Assembly (NCBI GenBank): GCA_965222445.1
Contig: CBDCTY010000002.1
Span: forward strand, 365,279-429,278
Direction: 5' to 3'
Length of the DNA: 64,000 nt
Origin: Dehalococcoidia bacterium
GTDB taxonomy: Bacteria; Chloroflexota; Dehalococcoidia; Lucifugimonadales; CAJWER01
Position 1 is the first letter of the stretch, and each line of letters opens with the position of its first letter. Under the pieces are notes generated by a model. The model saw only the letters and a program-made list of their open reading frames with translations. It searched no databases and was not told where the DNA came from. Shown here in pieces: positions 53,701 through 62,455 of the stretch. The position numbers and the translations under genes were made by a program.

Positions 53701-56472
53701 ATGACGTTTACGAGACAGGACGCTGACAACTGGGCGAAAGAGGTGCCGGGTGCGCGGTGGCTCAAGGCCGATCTGCACATCCACACCGTGGACGACCTTC
53801 CGGGACGCAGGGCGAAGTTCCCGGCCGACGTTAACGGGGACCCGCAGGCGTCCAATACCATTTCGGCCTACGCCAAGCGGTTCCTTCAGAGCGCGGCGGA
53901 ACGTGGCGTGCGGGTGCTTGGCATCACACCGCACTCGCCCCGCGTCGGAACCGCAGCGGAGACCAGTGTGGTGTGGAGGATAGTGGAAGAGTGGAACAGC
54001 GGCGTCGATGACGATGATGTCCCGTTCCGGGAAAAGATATACGCTGTGTTCCCCGGCTTCGAACCGTCCTTCAACCAAGGTCGCAGCGGACTACACATGC
54101 TGTTCCTGTTCGATCCGGAGATAGGCCGCACCGACTATCTAAAGGCCTTCGACCTTGTGATGGGTGGGGTGTCGCCGTGGAATGGGCGCGAGCTTCAACT
54201 GTCCGGGAGGGGCGCCAGTGATGCGTTCAGTGAACTCCGCAAGTTCCACCGTCGTGAAGGTCGCAGGTCAGATGATGGTGGCTTCCAATGGAACTATATG
54301 ACGCTTGCGCCTCACATCGACCAAGAGAAGGGACTGCTTGGAGCACAGGGGATGCATGTGCTGAACCTCTTCCCACACTCTGAGGTGGCCGGCCTAGAGC
54401 TCGGTGATGAAAAGTTGCCCGAGGATTACATGGGAGGCGGTTTGGATCTGGCGAAAAGAATGGCGGAGCTTCGGCAGGCGTTCTACCACAGTAGTGATGC
54501 CTATAGGATCGACGAAATTGGCAAGCGCCATACATGGCTCAAGCTCGCCAGTCCTAGGATAGAGGCGTTGCGGCAGGCGTTCATCGCCAGCGAATCAAGA
54601 ATGCGGATAGGATACGAACGTGGTGAAGACGGCACCTTGTACGAAGCTCCAGATCCCCCCGACGTAACTATGAACAAACGTCCGTGGCTGAAGTCCGTCA
54701 GGGTCTCCGGCAAGGCTTCGTTCTTCGGCGCCGGCGGTGAAGACGGACAGGGCAGCCATTTCGACTTCAGCCCCGACCTTACTTGCGTCATTGGCGGCAG
54801 CATGACGGGCAAGAGCACCCTCCTCGACGGTCTGAGAGTGCATGTCGACGCCCCGCTGCCAGAGGACGACAGCGTGAGGAAACAGGTTGAGGCGCGCGGC
54901 AGGGACCGCTTTCTGAGTGGCTCTGCGGAGGTTCTTCTCGACTGTCCTGGTCGGGATCCGACTGCGGCGCCTCGTGAGCAGTGGCCTGCGGAGTTCTACA
55001 CGCAGACCGAGTTGCAGAGGCTGGCGCAGAACCCCGAGGCTGTAGAGGACATTCTCGCCAGGCTGGTGGCGTCTGAGACACAAGACATCATGGAACGTGA
55101 GGGACGCTTGGGCGAGCTCGACGGGGAATTGACTCGCGCCGCCGGTCGTCTCGCGAAACTAGGCGACGACCAGGCGGATGCCGAGCAGGCATTCCAGAGA
55201 AGCCAGAGAGCGGCAGAGGAGCTTGCCGCATTTTCGGATGCCGGCGTGGAGAGCTTGAATCGCGTGTCCAGCGATCTGAGCCGCTCGCGGGGTTCTGCAA
55301 AGGCTGCGACTGAGCTGGCGGGCGAGGTGGACAGGCTCTTGGAATCTATATCGGTGGTAGACATACCGGATATCGACGACGGCCTTACCGGAGTGCTCGA
55401 AGCCGCGGGGATAGTTGAGGGCGAAGTGGACTTCCGCGCGCGGTGGGACCGTATTCGACGCTCGCTAAGGTCCGCTAAGGACGAGTTGGGTGCGGCGAGT
55501 GTTGTGCTCAAGTCCATAGTTGATGCGCTGGAAGACCACGAGGATAGTGTCCGTGTACGGGTAGACCGCGATTTGGCGGCCCGTGAACTGGATGGAGCGA
55601 GGATCAATCAGCTCCAGGAGCTGACCGCTCAGGCTTCACTGCTGGAGAGCTATCAGGCGCATCTCAATGAACAGCGAGGCACGCTTCTCCGCGCTAAGGA
55701 CAAGTTCGAAACACTGCGCCAAGAGCGAAGGGACCTTGTGCAGCAGCAGCGATGCGCGTTCGACCGTGTGATGGATGCGGTCCATTCCCAGTTCGACGGC
55801 CGAATAGAGGCCCGTCGGATCGATGAAGGCCGCAAAGACACTCTGGATCGTCTTCTCAGGGCGTTGAATCAGAGGGGGATCACACGATGGTGGAATGATT
55901 TGACGGATGAGCAGCGGCCCGCGCCCGATGACCTGCTCGAAAAGCTAGCCTCTGGGCATTTGGAAGAAGTCGGAATGAGCGAAGCAGTGGGTGAAACGTT
56001 CCGGGTGCAATTCACCCCATCGAGACAGCGCGAACTGGCAGCCCTCCGTTGTCCAGATAACTACGTGCTGGAATTCATGATGGGAGATGGCAGCTATCGG
56101 CCGCTAAGGGACCTTTCCGGCGGCCAGCGGGTGAACCTCTTGCTCTCTCTCCTGTTGGAGACAAATGACGAGCGGCCTCTGGTAATTGATCAGCCCGAGG
56201 ATGAACTGGACAACCGGTTTTTGTTCGAGACGATGCTTCCTGCACTCAAGCGGCTCAAGGGACGCAGGCAGATCATAGTAGCGACGCACAACGCGAATAT
56301 AGTGGTCAACGGGGACGCCGACCAAGTGATTCAATTGGAAGCGACCGCCGACCATGGATATGTTGCACGTTCAGGGGCCATCGAAGAGCCCGCCGTCCGA
56401 GATGCTATCGTCCAGACGGTTGATGGAGGTGACGAGGCATTTCGTCTGCGTCGGTTGAAGTACGGCTTCTAG
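53701..56472 (+). CDS. PHP-domain phosphoesterase fused to SMC/ABC-like ATPase (Ppl/TrlF-like architecture)
   Basis: KADLHIHTVDD and LGITPHS are PHP metal ligands and GGSMTGKST is Walker A. A coiled-coil of about 350 aa follows, then LSGGQR (signature-like), LVIDQPEDELD (Walker B) and VATHNANIVVNGDAD. Confidence 0.8.
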   Translation: MTFTRQDADNWAKEVPGARWLKADLHIHTVDDLPGRRAKFPADVNGDPQASNTISAYAKRFLQSAAERGVRVLGITPHSPRVGTAAETSVVWRIVEEWNSGVDDDDVPFREKIYAVFPGFEPSFNQGRSGLHMLFLFDPEIGRTDYLKAFDLVMGGVSPWNGRELQLSGRGASDAFSELRKFHRREGRRSDDGGFQWNYMTLAPHIDQEKGLLGAQGMHVLNLFPHSEVAGLELGDEKLPEDYMGGGLDLAKRMAELRQAFYHSSDAYRIDEIGKRHTWLKLASPRIEALRQAFIASESRMRIGYERGEDGTLYEAPDPPDVTMNKRPWLKSVRVSGKASFFGAGGEDGQGSHFDFSPDLTCVIGGSMTGKSTLLDGLRVHVDAPLPEDDSVRKQVEARGRDRFLSGSAEVLLDCPGRDPTAAPREQWPAEFYTQTELQRLAQNPEAVEDILARLVASETQDIMEREGRLGELDGELTRAAGRLAKLGDDQADAEQAFQRSQRAAEELAAFSDAGVESLNRVSSDLSRSRGSAKAATELAGEVDRLLESISVVDIPDIDDGLTGVLEAAGIVEGEVDFRARWDRIRRSLRSAKDELGAASVVLKSIVDALEDHEDSVRVRVDRDLAARELDGARINQLQELTAQASLLESYQAHLNEQRGTLLRAKDKFETLRQERRDLVQQQRCAFDRVMDAVHSQFDGRIEARRIDEGRKDTLDRLLRALNQRGITRWWNDLTDEQRPAPDDLLEKLASGHLEEVGMSEAVGETFRVQFTPSRQRELAALRCPDNYVLEFMMGDGSYRPLRDLSGGQRVNLLLSLLLETNDERPLVIDQPEDELDNRFLFETMLPALKRLKGRRQIIVATHNANIVVNGDADQVIQLEATADHGYVARSGAIEEPAVRDAIVQTVDGGDEAFRLRRLKYGF

Positions 56473-56482
56473 GAGGCCGGGA

Positions 56483-57670
56483 ATGGAATGGCTGAGAATC
56501 CTTGAGTGTATCGAACGAGGTGAGGATAGACACACCGAGTTCAAACGTGGGCTTGGCGATCTGTCGGCGGTCGGCAAATCAGTTTGCGCCTTCGCGAACA
56601 CTGAGGGAGGCGTCATCATACTAGGCGTAACCGATACTACCCGGCAGATTGTGGGTGTCAAGGAGGACGCTGAACAGGTCCAAGAGAAGTTAGCGTCGTT
56701 TCTTCAGTCTGGCTGCAGCTCACCGGTTTCTGCTCGCGCCGGGCGACATGAGAGTCCGAACGGTTGGGTCCACTGGCTTGAGGTCCCTCGCCAGCGCGGC
56801 TTTGAGCCCTTACGGTACGGTGGTCGAGTGTGGGTACGCCGGGAACGGAGCAGCGTCGAGCCATCTCCGACTGAGCTTCAAGAGCTATACAACGCCTTTG
56901 GGTACATCTTCACTGAGGAACGCACGATACAAGCTGCGACGGCGGCTCATGTCGATCTTCAAGTCTTCCACGCCTATCTCCAAGAGGTCGGACTCGACAT
57001 CGAGGACGAACCCCAGCCCGATGATGAGGACGACCTCCGTAATCGCGGTGTGGTAGCGGAGTTGGGAGGCGTGTTGCATCCTACGCTCTACGGCGTGCTG
57101 GCATTTGGCAAGGAGCCACAAAGCTATCCGCAAACACAAAACTTCCGGGTAGAGTGTGTCGCATACGAGGGCGACGACCGGGCTTCGAATGTGCTGCAAG
57201 TGGCTGAAGCCTCAGGCCGTCTGGACGAACAAGTACTACGAGCGGTCGGCTGGTTCTCGAGCCTCGGGCGGTTCGAGTCGTACCGTGGACTGATCAGGGA
57301 AGACCATCCGTTGCTGCCACAGGCGGCTCTTCGAGAGTCGCTGGTAAACGCTGTGGTGCACAGGGACTACGCAATCACCGGATCGAAGGTGCTGCTTGAG
57401 GTTTTCACTCGGCACGTAGACGTGACGAGCCCGGGCGGATTGCCCAATCACATGAGTGTCGAGAGTGTCCAGGCCGGCGGTCATCCGCGGTCGAGGAACG
57501 AGTCGATGGCGAACTACATGCTGGTGATGGGTTACATGGAGCAGCGGGGCAGGGGTTGGCCTGTGATGCGCAGGGCAATGCGCGAGTTCAACGGAACCGA
57601 ACCTGAGATTACGCAGGGAGACTCTGGCGCATTTGTCAGATTGAGATTCCATCTCGAATCATTAAAGTAG
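56483..57670 (+). CDS. AlbA_2 (Schlafen-type) DNA-binding domain plus HATPase_c_4-like domain protein
   Basis: GEDRHTEFKRGL..VCAFANTEGGVIILGV is AlbA_2. NAVVHRDY..TSPGGLP..RSRNESMANYM..GYMEQRGRG is HATPase_c_4-like. Confidence 0.8.
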   Translation: MEWLRILECIERGEDRHTEFKRGLGDLSAVGKSVCAFANTEGGVIILGVTDTTRQIVGVKEDAEQVQEKLASFLQSGCSSPVSARAGRHESPNGWVHWLEVPRQRGFEPLRYGGRVWVRRERSSVEPSPTELQELYNAFGYIFTEERTIQAATAAHVDLQVFHAYLQEVGLDIEDEPQPDDEDDLRNRGVVAELGGVLHPTLYGVLAFGKEPQSYPQTQNFRVECVAYEGDDRASNVLQVAEASGRLDEQVLRAVGWFSSLGRFESYRGLIREDHPLLPQAALRESLVNAVVHRDYAITGSKVLLEVFTRHVDVTSPGGLPNHMSVESVQAGGHPRSRNESMANYMLVMGYMEQRGRGWPVMRRAMREFNGTEPEITQGDSGAFVRLRFHLESLK

Positions 57671-57674
57671 TGAC

Positions 57675-59696
57675 ATGGACTTTCGGATTGCCGATACGTT
57701 TACGGGTAGTCTTACGAGGTTGACCGGCGACGAGCAGAAGGTCATCAAGACCACGGCCTTCGATCTACAAATGGACCCATCCCGTCCGGGCCTGCAACTC
57801 CACAGGCTTGATGGGGGACGAGACCGCAACTTCTGGTCTGTACGGGTTAGCCGCGACATCAGGATCATCGTCCACCGGACCCAAAGTAGCCTCATGCTCT
57901 GCTACGTCGACCACCACGACGAGGCGTACAGTTGGGCAGTGCGACGCAAGCTAGAGACCCATCCAAAGACCGGCGCTGCCCAACTGGTCGAGGTGCGAGA
58001 GACTGTCGAGGAGATTGCCGTCCCAGTATATGTTCCGGTAGCGCAGGAAGCGCAACCCAAGCGCCTCCCGTTCGCCGGTTTGTCAGACGATCAACTGCTG
58101 AGCTATGGGGTCCCTGCCGAGTGGCTGCCCGACATCCATACCGCCGATGAGGACGGCATTCTCGATCTTGCCAGCCATCTGCCAAGTGAGGCTGCAGAAG
58201 CGCTCTTGGAGTTGGCCACTGGCGGGACGCCCCAGGTTCCTAGCCCTGTTGCAGCAGGTATCGACCCATTCGATCACCCTGACGCGCAGCGCCGCTTCCG
58301 CGTCATGCGCGATTGGGAAGCGTTGGAGCAGGCCCTCGACTACCCGTGGGAGAAGTGGGCAATCTTCCTGCATCCGTCCCAGCGTGCGATAGTCGAACGG
58401 GACTATACCGGTCCTGCCAGAGTCTCAGGCTCGGCGGGTACGGGGAAGACCATCGTTGCGCTACATCGTGCGGTACATCTGGCTCGTACGAATCCCAACG
58501 CCAGAGTGCTGCTGACGACATTCTCGGAGACGCTCGCTAACTCGCTGCGCGACCGGCTGCGTATACTCGTCAGCTCCGAGCCCCGACTCGCAGAGCGAGT
58601 GGAAGTCTACGCCATGGACGCTCTTGGGGAGAGGCTGTTCGAGCTCAACCTGGGCGCGCCTTCGTATGCCTCGGAAGCGCAGATCTACACGCTGATCGAG
58701 GAGGCGGCTACCAACGTCGAGGGCAATAGGTTTGCGACGAGCTTCGTGCTGACGGAGTGGAAGCAGGTTGTGGATGCGTGGCAGCTCGATACATGGGAAG
58801 CCTATCGTGATGTCCCTCGCCTCGGCCGCAGGCGGCGGTTACCCGAAAGCCAACGCCAAGTTCTGTGGTCAATCTTCGAGCATGTACGGTCAGGGCTCAA
58901 AGAGCGGAATCTAACCACACGTTCGGAGATGTTTGGGCAGCTTGCGTCCAGGTTCGGCGAGACCCAGCGGTCGCCATTCGACTTCATAGTCGTGGACGAG
59001 GCGCAAGATATAGGCGTATCCCAGCTTCGCTTCCTTGCATCTCTGGGAGCGGAGCGGCCCGATGGACTCTTCTTCGCAGGGGATCTGGGCCAGCGCATCT
59101 TCCAGCAGCCGTTCTCGTGGCAAGCGCTGGGCGTGGAGATACGTGGGCGCTCCCGCACGCTGAAGATCAACTACCGGACCTCACACCAGATCAGGAAACG
59201 GTCCGACCTTCTCTTGGGGACGGAAATATCCGACATCGACGGCAACACGGAAGAGCGCTCAGGCACGATATCGGTATTCAACGGCCCCGAGCCGTCCATA
59301 GCGATTGCCGAATCCGCTGAGGAAGAACCCACGGCCGTCGCCGACTGGCTAATTGAGTTAATTGGACGAGGCCTGGAGCCTCACGAGATCAGCGTCTTCG
59401 TCAGATCAACCGATCAGGTCGACCGTGCCACTACTGCTATCGAGGCCGCCGGGCTACGGTCCAGAGTCCTGGGCGATTACGTTCAGACGACCGGAAGGCA
59501 CGTCTCGGTCAGCACCATGCATTTGGCGAAGGGACTGGAGTTCCGCGCCGTTGCTGTCATGGCCTGCGACGATGAGGTCATCCCGCTTCAGGAGCGGATT
59601 GAGTCGGTCACCGACGACTCGGACTTGGAAGATGTAGAGACTTCTCCGGCTGTCGTATCGTGTCAGAGGCGACAGGCATTCCAGAGGAAACCGTGA
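57675..59696 (+). CDS. SF1 UvrD-like helicase with RelE/ParE-fold-like N-terminal domain
   Basis: N-terminal motifs FWSVRVSRDIRIIVHR and YVDHHDEAYSWA. The helicase part has SGSAGTGKT (Walker A), FIVVDEAQD (motif II), INYRTSHQI and VSTMHLAKGLEF. The ORF ends soon after a degenerate motif VI (SCQRRQAF). Confidence 0.8.
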   Translation: MDFRIADTFTGSLTRLTGDEQKVIKTTAFDLQMDPSRPGLQLHRLDGGRDRNFWSVRVSRDIRIIVHRTQSSLMLCYVDHHDEAYSWAVRRKLETHPKTGAAQLVEVRETVEEIAVPVYVPVAQEAQPKRLPFAGLSDDQLLSYGVPAEWLPDIHTADEDGILDLASHLPSEAAEALLELATGGTPQVPSPVAAGIDPFDHPDAQRRFRVMRDWEALEQALDYPWEKWAIFLHPSQRAIVERDYTGPARVSGSAGTGKTIVALHRAVHLARTNPNARVLLTTFSETLANSLRDRLRILVSSEPRLAERVEVYAMDALGERLFELNLGAPSYASEAQIYTLIEEAATNVEGNRFATSFVLTEWKQVVDAWQLDTWEAYRDVPRLGRRRRLPESQRQVLWSIFEHVRSGLKERNLTTRSEMFGQLASRFGETQRSPFDFIVVDEAQDIGVSQLRFLASLGAERPDGLFFAGDLGQRIFQQPFSWQALGVEIRGRSRTLKINYRTSHQIRKRSDLLLGTEISDIDGNTEERSGTISVFNGPEPSIAIAESAEEEPTAVADWLIELIGRGLEPHEISVFVRSTDQVDRATTAIEAAGLRSRVLGDYVQTTGRHVSVSTMHLAKGLEFRAVAVMACDDEVIPLQERIESVTDDSDLEDVETSPAVVSCQRRQAFQRKP

Positions 59697-60482
59697 TAAC
59701 CATCTGGAAGCAGCGTAATAAGCCCTTCGCATCCCAAATGCAGAAACATTGGAAGGCCATCGCAGAACGCAACGGGCCATTCCATTCCACGGAGGGCTGA
59801 CCCCAACTCGAGCTTACGGACCCAGTCGTCCTCCTATCGGTAGACCTTTCCTGTTCCAGGTCACCAATGTGCCTTGGCCTAGGTCGTGCACTTGCATGAC
59901 CACTGGCCGGGGCGTTTGACTCGCGCGTAGGTGTAAAGGGTGTCGATGGCCAGTGGTGACGGGCTGGGACCCCTCGATGCCCGACACGGAAGAGGACAGG
60001 TGGGCAATTGGGAGGTCACTCCGGCGCGCGACGGTGTATCTGCGGAGACGGACGCGGGCGCTACCATGGACGTGCCCAAGGACGTGTAGGCTGAGCTACG
60101 TCAGCGCGCCGAGCAAGAGGGCGGGCCTGTGAGCGCGACCGCGTCCGTCCGGTTCTCGCACGATCTGGTGACCCGCGAGACAGACGCCGACGTGAGTCTG
60201 CCGAGCGCGATGTCGCCAGCCGCGCAGCCGCGCTTGCGGCCGCTGCTAAGGACGCGCCTTGGGAACAGGGCGGGGCGCTATCGGGCGCTCTCAACCCCCG
60301 GTACCAGAAGATATTTGACAGTATGCAGACGGAAGGGCAGCAGTCCAAGGTAGCGAGAAGACGGGGGGGCGGGCGCCGGCGCGATGACCTGAAGGACAGC
60401 GCGTACACGATGCCACAGATCGTGATTGAGCAGGAGCCCGCATCCCTGCGGCGCGTGGGGTAGGGACATGACCACGGGCGAG

Positions 60483-60785
60483 TTAGCCGCCTCCCGACAG
60501 GCGTTTGTACATCTCTGCATACTTCCGCGACAGCTCAGGGGCGACTTCACGGTCGCCAGCTTTGCTGCGCACGCGGTTGAGGGGTGGCAGGTCGCTGGCT
60601 TCCTCCAGGGCCTCGTGGATGCGCCGGTACGTGTGTCCATTGACGAGGCGGCTGACTGCGCTGTGAGACAGACCAAAGGCGTCTGCCAACTCGTTGACTC
60701 GATAGCCCGCGCGATAACGTTTGAGAATCTCGATCACCTGATCGGTCGGGATGAGCTTTTCGCGTGCATGTGTGCGTGCTGCCAT
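60483..60785 (-). CDS. small HTH-domain regulator
   Basis: VNELADAFGLSHSAVSRLVNG fits a helix-turn-helix. Divergent from the P-loop gene across an AT-rich spacer. Confidence 0.55.
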   Translation of the reverse strand: MAARTHAREKLIPTDQVIEILKRYRAGYRVNELADAFGLSHSAVSRLVNGHTYRRIHEALEEASDLPPLNRVRSKAGDREVAPELSRKYAEMYKRLSGGG

Positions 60786-61001
60786 TGCGTACCTCTATGG
60801 TGCGGTCTCGTGCGCGGGCGCCACGGAAACCAGCCTATGTCGTGTACTGTATCAGAATTCGCGTTCGGCTGTCAGATACGAAAGCGGGCCGGTGGGCGGG
60901 GCGGTTGTGTAGACAGACCAAAAAACCCCAACCTATATTATATAAGAGGGTATTACTATTACCGCACTTTCGGACTAGACCGCTGTGGGGGGGTGCCCTA
61001 G
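60786..61001. promoter_or_regulatory. AT-rich divergent intergenic region (likely promoters/operators)
   Basis: CCTATATTATATAAGAGGGTATTACTATTACC stands out against the GC-rich flanks. It lies between divergent genes. Confidence 0.35.
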
Positions 61002-61656
61002 ATGACGATGGACGAGGCAGAGGCCCGAGAGATACTGGCGGGTCCCACGCAACCCTTGGCCCCAGGCCCCCGCCAGCTCGTCGACCCACCTGAGGTCGCA
61101 AGGTACGCACAAAGGGGAGACCCCGACATTATTGACTGGCCTGGCAGGGTAGTCACTCGCCAAGACCTTATGATGGCCAGCGGGGACCCTCGGGACTGGT
61201 TCAGGTATCGTCATAGAGAAAAGGCATACGAAGAGGCGTGGCATGAGTTCGTAGACGCCCGCAGCCGCCGCAAGGACTTCATGGCGGGTTTCGATTGGAA
61301 TCAGATTCTGGTGCTGGGAGACTATGGCTCAGGCAAGACGACCTTGGCGACCCACCTGGCCAGGCATTTCTTTGGGTTGGGCCATCCAGTGTTTTCCAAA
61401 CGCCTCGTGCCTGTTCGGTTGGCGTCTGGAGCACGAGGCAATGTATACGGCCTTGGGGTTCATGCCCAAAGCCTCTGTGCTGCTGATTGATGAGTCCTCG
61501 GCGGCGCTGGCCTCTCGTATGGGCCACTCGATTGCCGTCACCAGCTCCACAGAAATGAACCCAAATGTGCGCAAGCAGAATGGGATCGTCGTCTATATGT
61601 CAGCGCAGGACTGGCAGATTGCCCCCAGCATCAGGCGCGATTGCAAGGAAGTTTAG
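61002..61656 (+). pseudogene. Zot/pI-like P-loop NTPase gene, frameshifted
   Basis: Frame 1 gives ILVLGDYGSGKTTLATHLARHFFGLGHPVFS (Walker A). Frame 2 gives ASCLFGW..ASVLLIDESSAAL (Walker B) and NVRKQNGIVVYMSAQDWQIAPSIRRDCKEV. The shift lies at the TTTTCCAAA run, 61392-61400. Confidence 0.5.
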
Positions 61657-61965
61657 ATGCCGGTGCCCAAGGCCGACCTCACAGTCTCGGACAACCGAGA
61701 TGACGACGACGAGGGCAGAGCCGACTACGAGACGCCATTCACAGGGAAGGTCAGCGGTGGAAACGACCCCGACAACTTCCGCCTGGCGTGGCACGTTTGG
61801 GACGACTACCCGTTCAGAAAAGCCAACCTGATAGAAGGCCCCGACCCAACCGATAAGGGCGGGTTCGGCCCACCTGAAGAGGATCGAACCACCCCGCGTG
61901 CCATCGCGGTGTTAAGGGTCACAGCTCCATACACGATGCGGGATAGGTGGCCTCGGCAGACTTGA
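61657..61965 (+). CDS. hypothetical acidic protein
   Basis: Its ATG abuts the stop of the preceding frame (TAGATG). 102 aa with a DNRDDDDEGRADYE stretch. Confidence 0.35.
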   Translation: MPVPKADLTVSDNRDDDDEGRADYETPFTGKVSGGNDPDNFRLAWHVWDDYPFRKANLIEGPDPTDKGGFGPPEEDRTTPRAIAVLRVTAPYTMRDRWPRQT

Positions 61966-62068
61966 GCGACTGGGGACAGTCGCTCATAGACAACAATCGC
62001 TAGCTATCCCCTTATAGTGGTCATCAGTATTAATGTTGCAAAACTCCCATCCCCGCATCCAAGAGTAG

Positions 62069-62455
62069 GTGAATGAGATGACTGATTCGACTCCAAGCTA
62101 CTACGACCTGAGAATCGAGAACACTTGGATGGATTACCTCAGAACCAGGTTGCCGTACTCCTTCAACCGCATAGAAGAGAAGGGAAGCGGTCCATCTCGA
62201 CACTACGTGCTGTCAGAACCTGTATTGCTGATTGGAACATTGGCAGCTGATAGACACAACTTTTGGAGACGCGGCAACGTCTACTATATGTCGGGCAAGC
62301 TCTTGGACTACTACAACATTTCTGATGTCGGCAGGAACTACCGAACCCTTGAAGTCGAGCAGCTGCTCACCGATACAGGCAGTGCGCCCTTCATCTGGCC
62401 CAGCAACGCATTTGCCTTCTACAACTCGATGCAAGTGGAGAAGGTCTGGGGGTAA
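62069..62455 (+). CDS. hypothetical protein, probably 3'-truncated by IS insertion
   Basis: AT-richer 128-aa ORF. Its TAA stop (62453-62455) lies inside the IS left inverted repeat. Confidence 0.4.
   Translation: MNEMTDSTPSYYDLRIENTWMDYLRTRLPYSFNRIEEKGSGPSRHYVLSEPVLLIGTLAADRHNFWRRGNVYYMSGKLLDYYNISDVGRNYRTLEVEQLLTDTGSAPFIWPSNAFAFYNSMQVEKVWG

Noticed and set aside
60066-60353. An RHH antitoxin-like gene (MDVPKDV*AELRQRAEQEGGPVSA…) as a feature.
   Set aside because: It is interrupted by TAG after 7 codons. The downstream part is ambiguous between two frames in GC-rich DNA. It is mentioned only as part of the decayed region.
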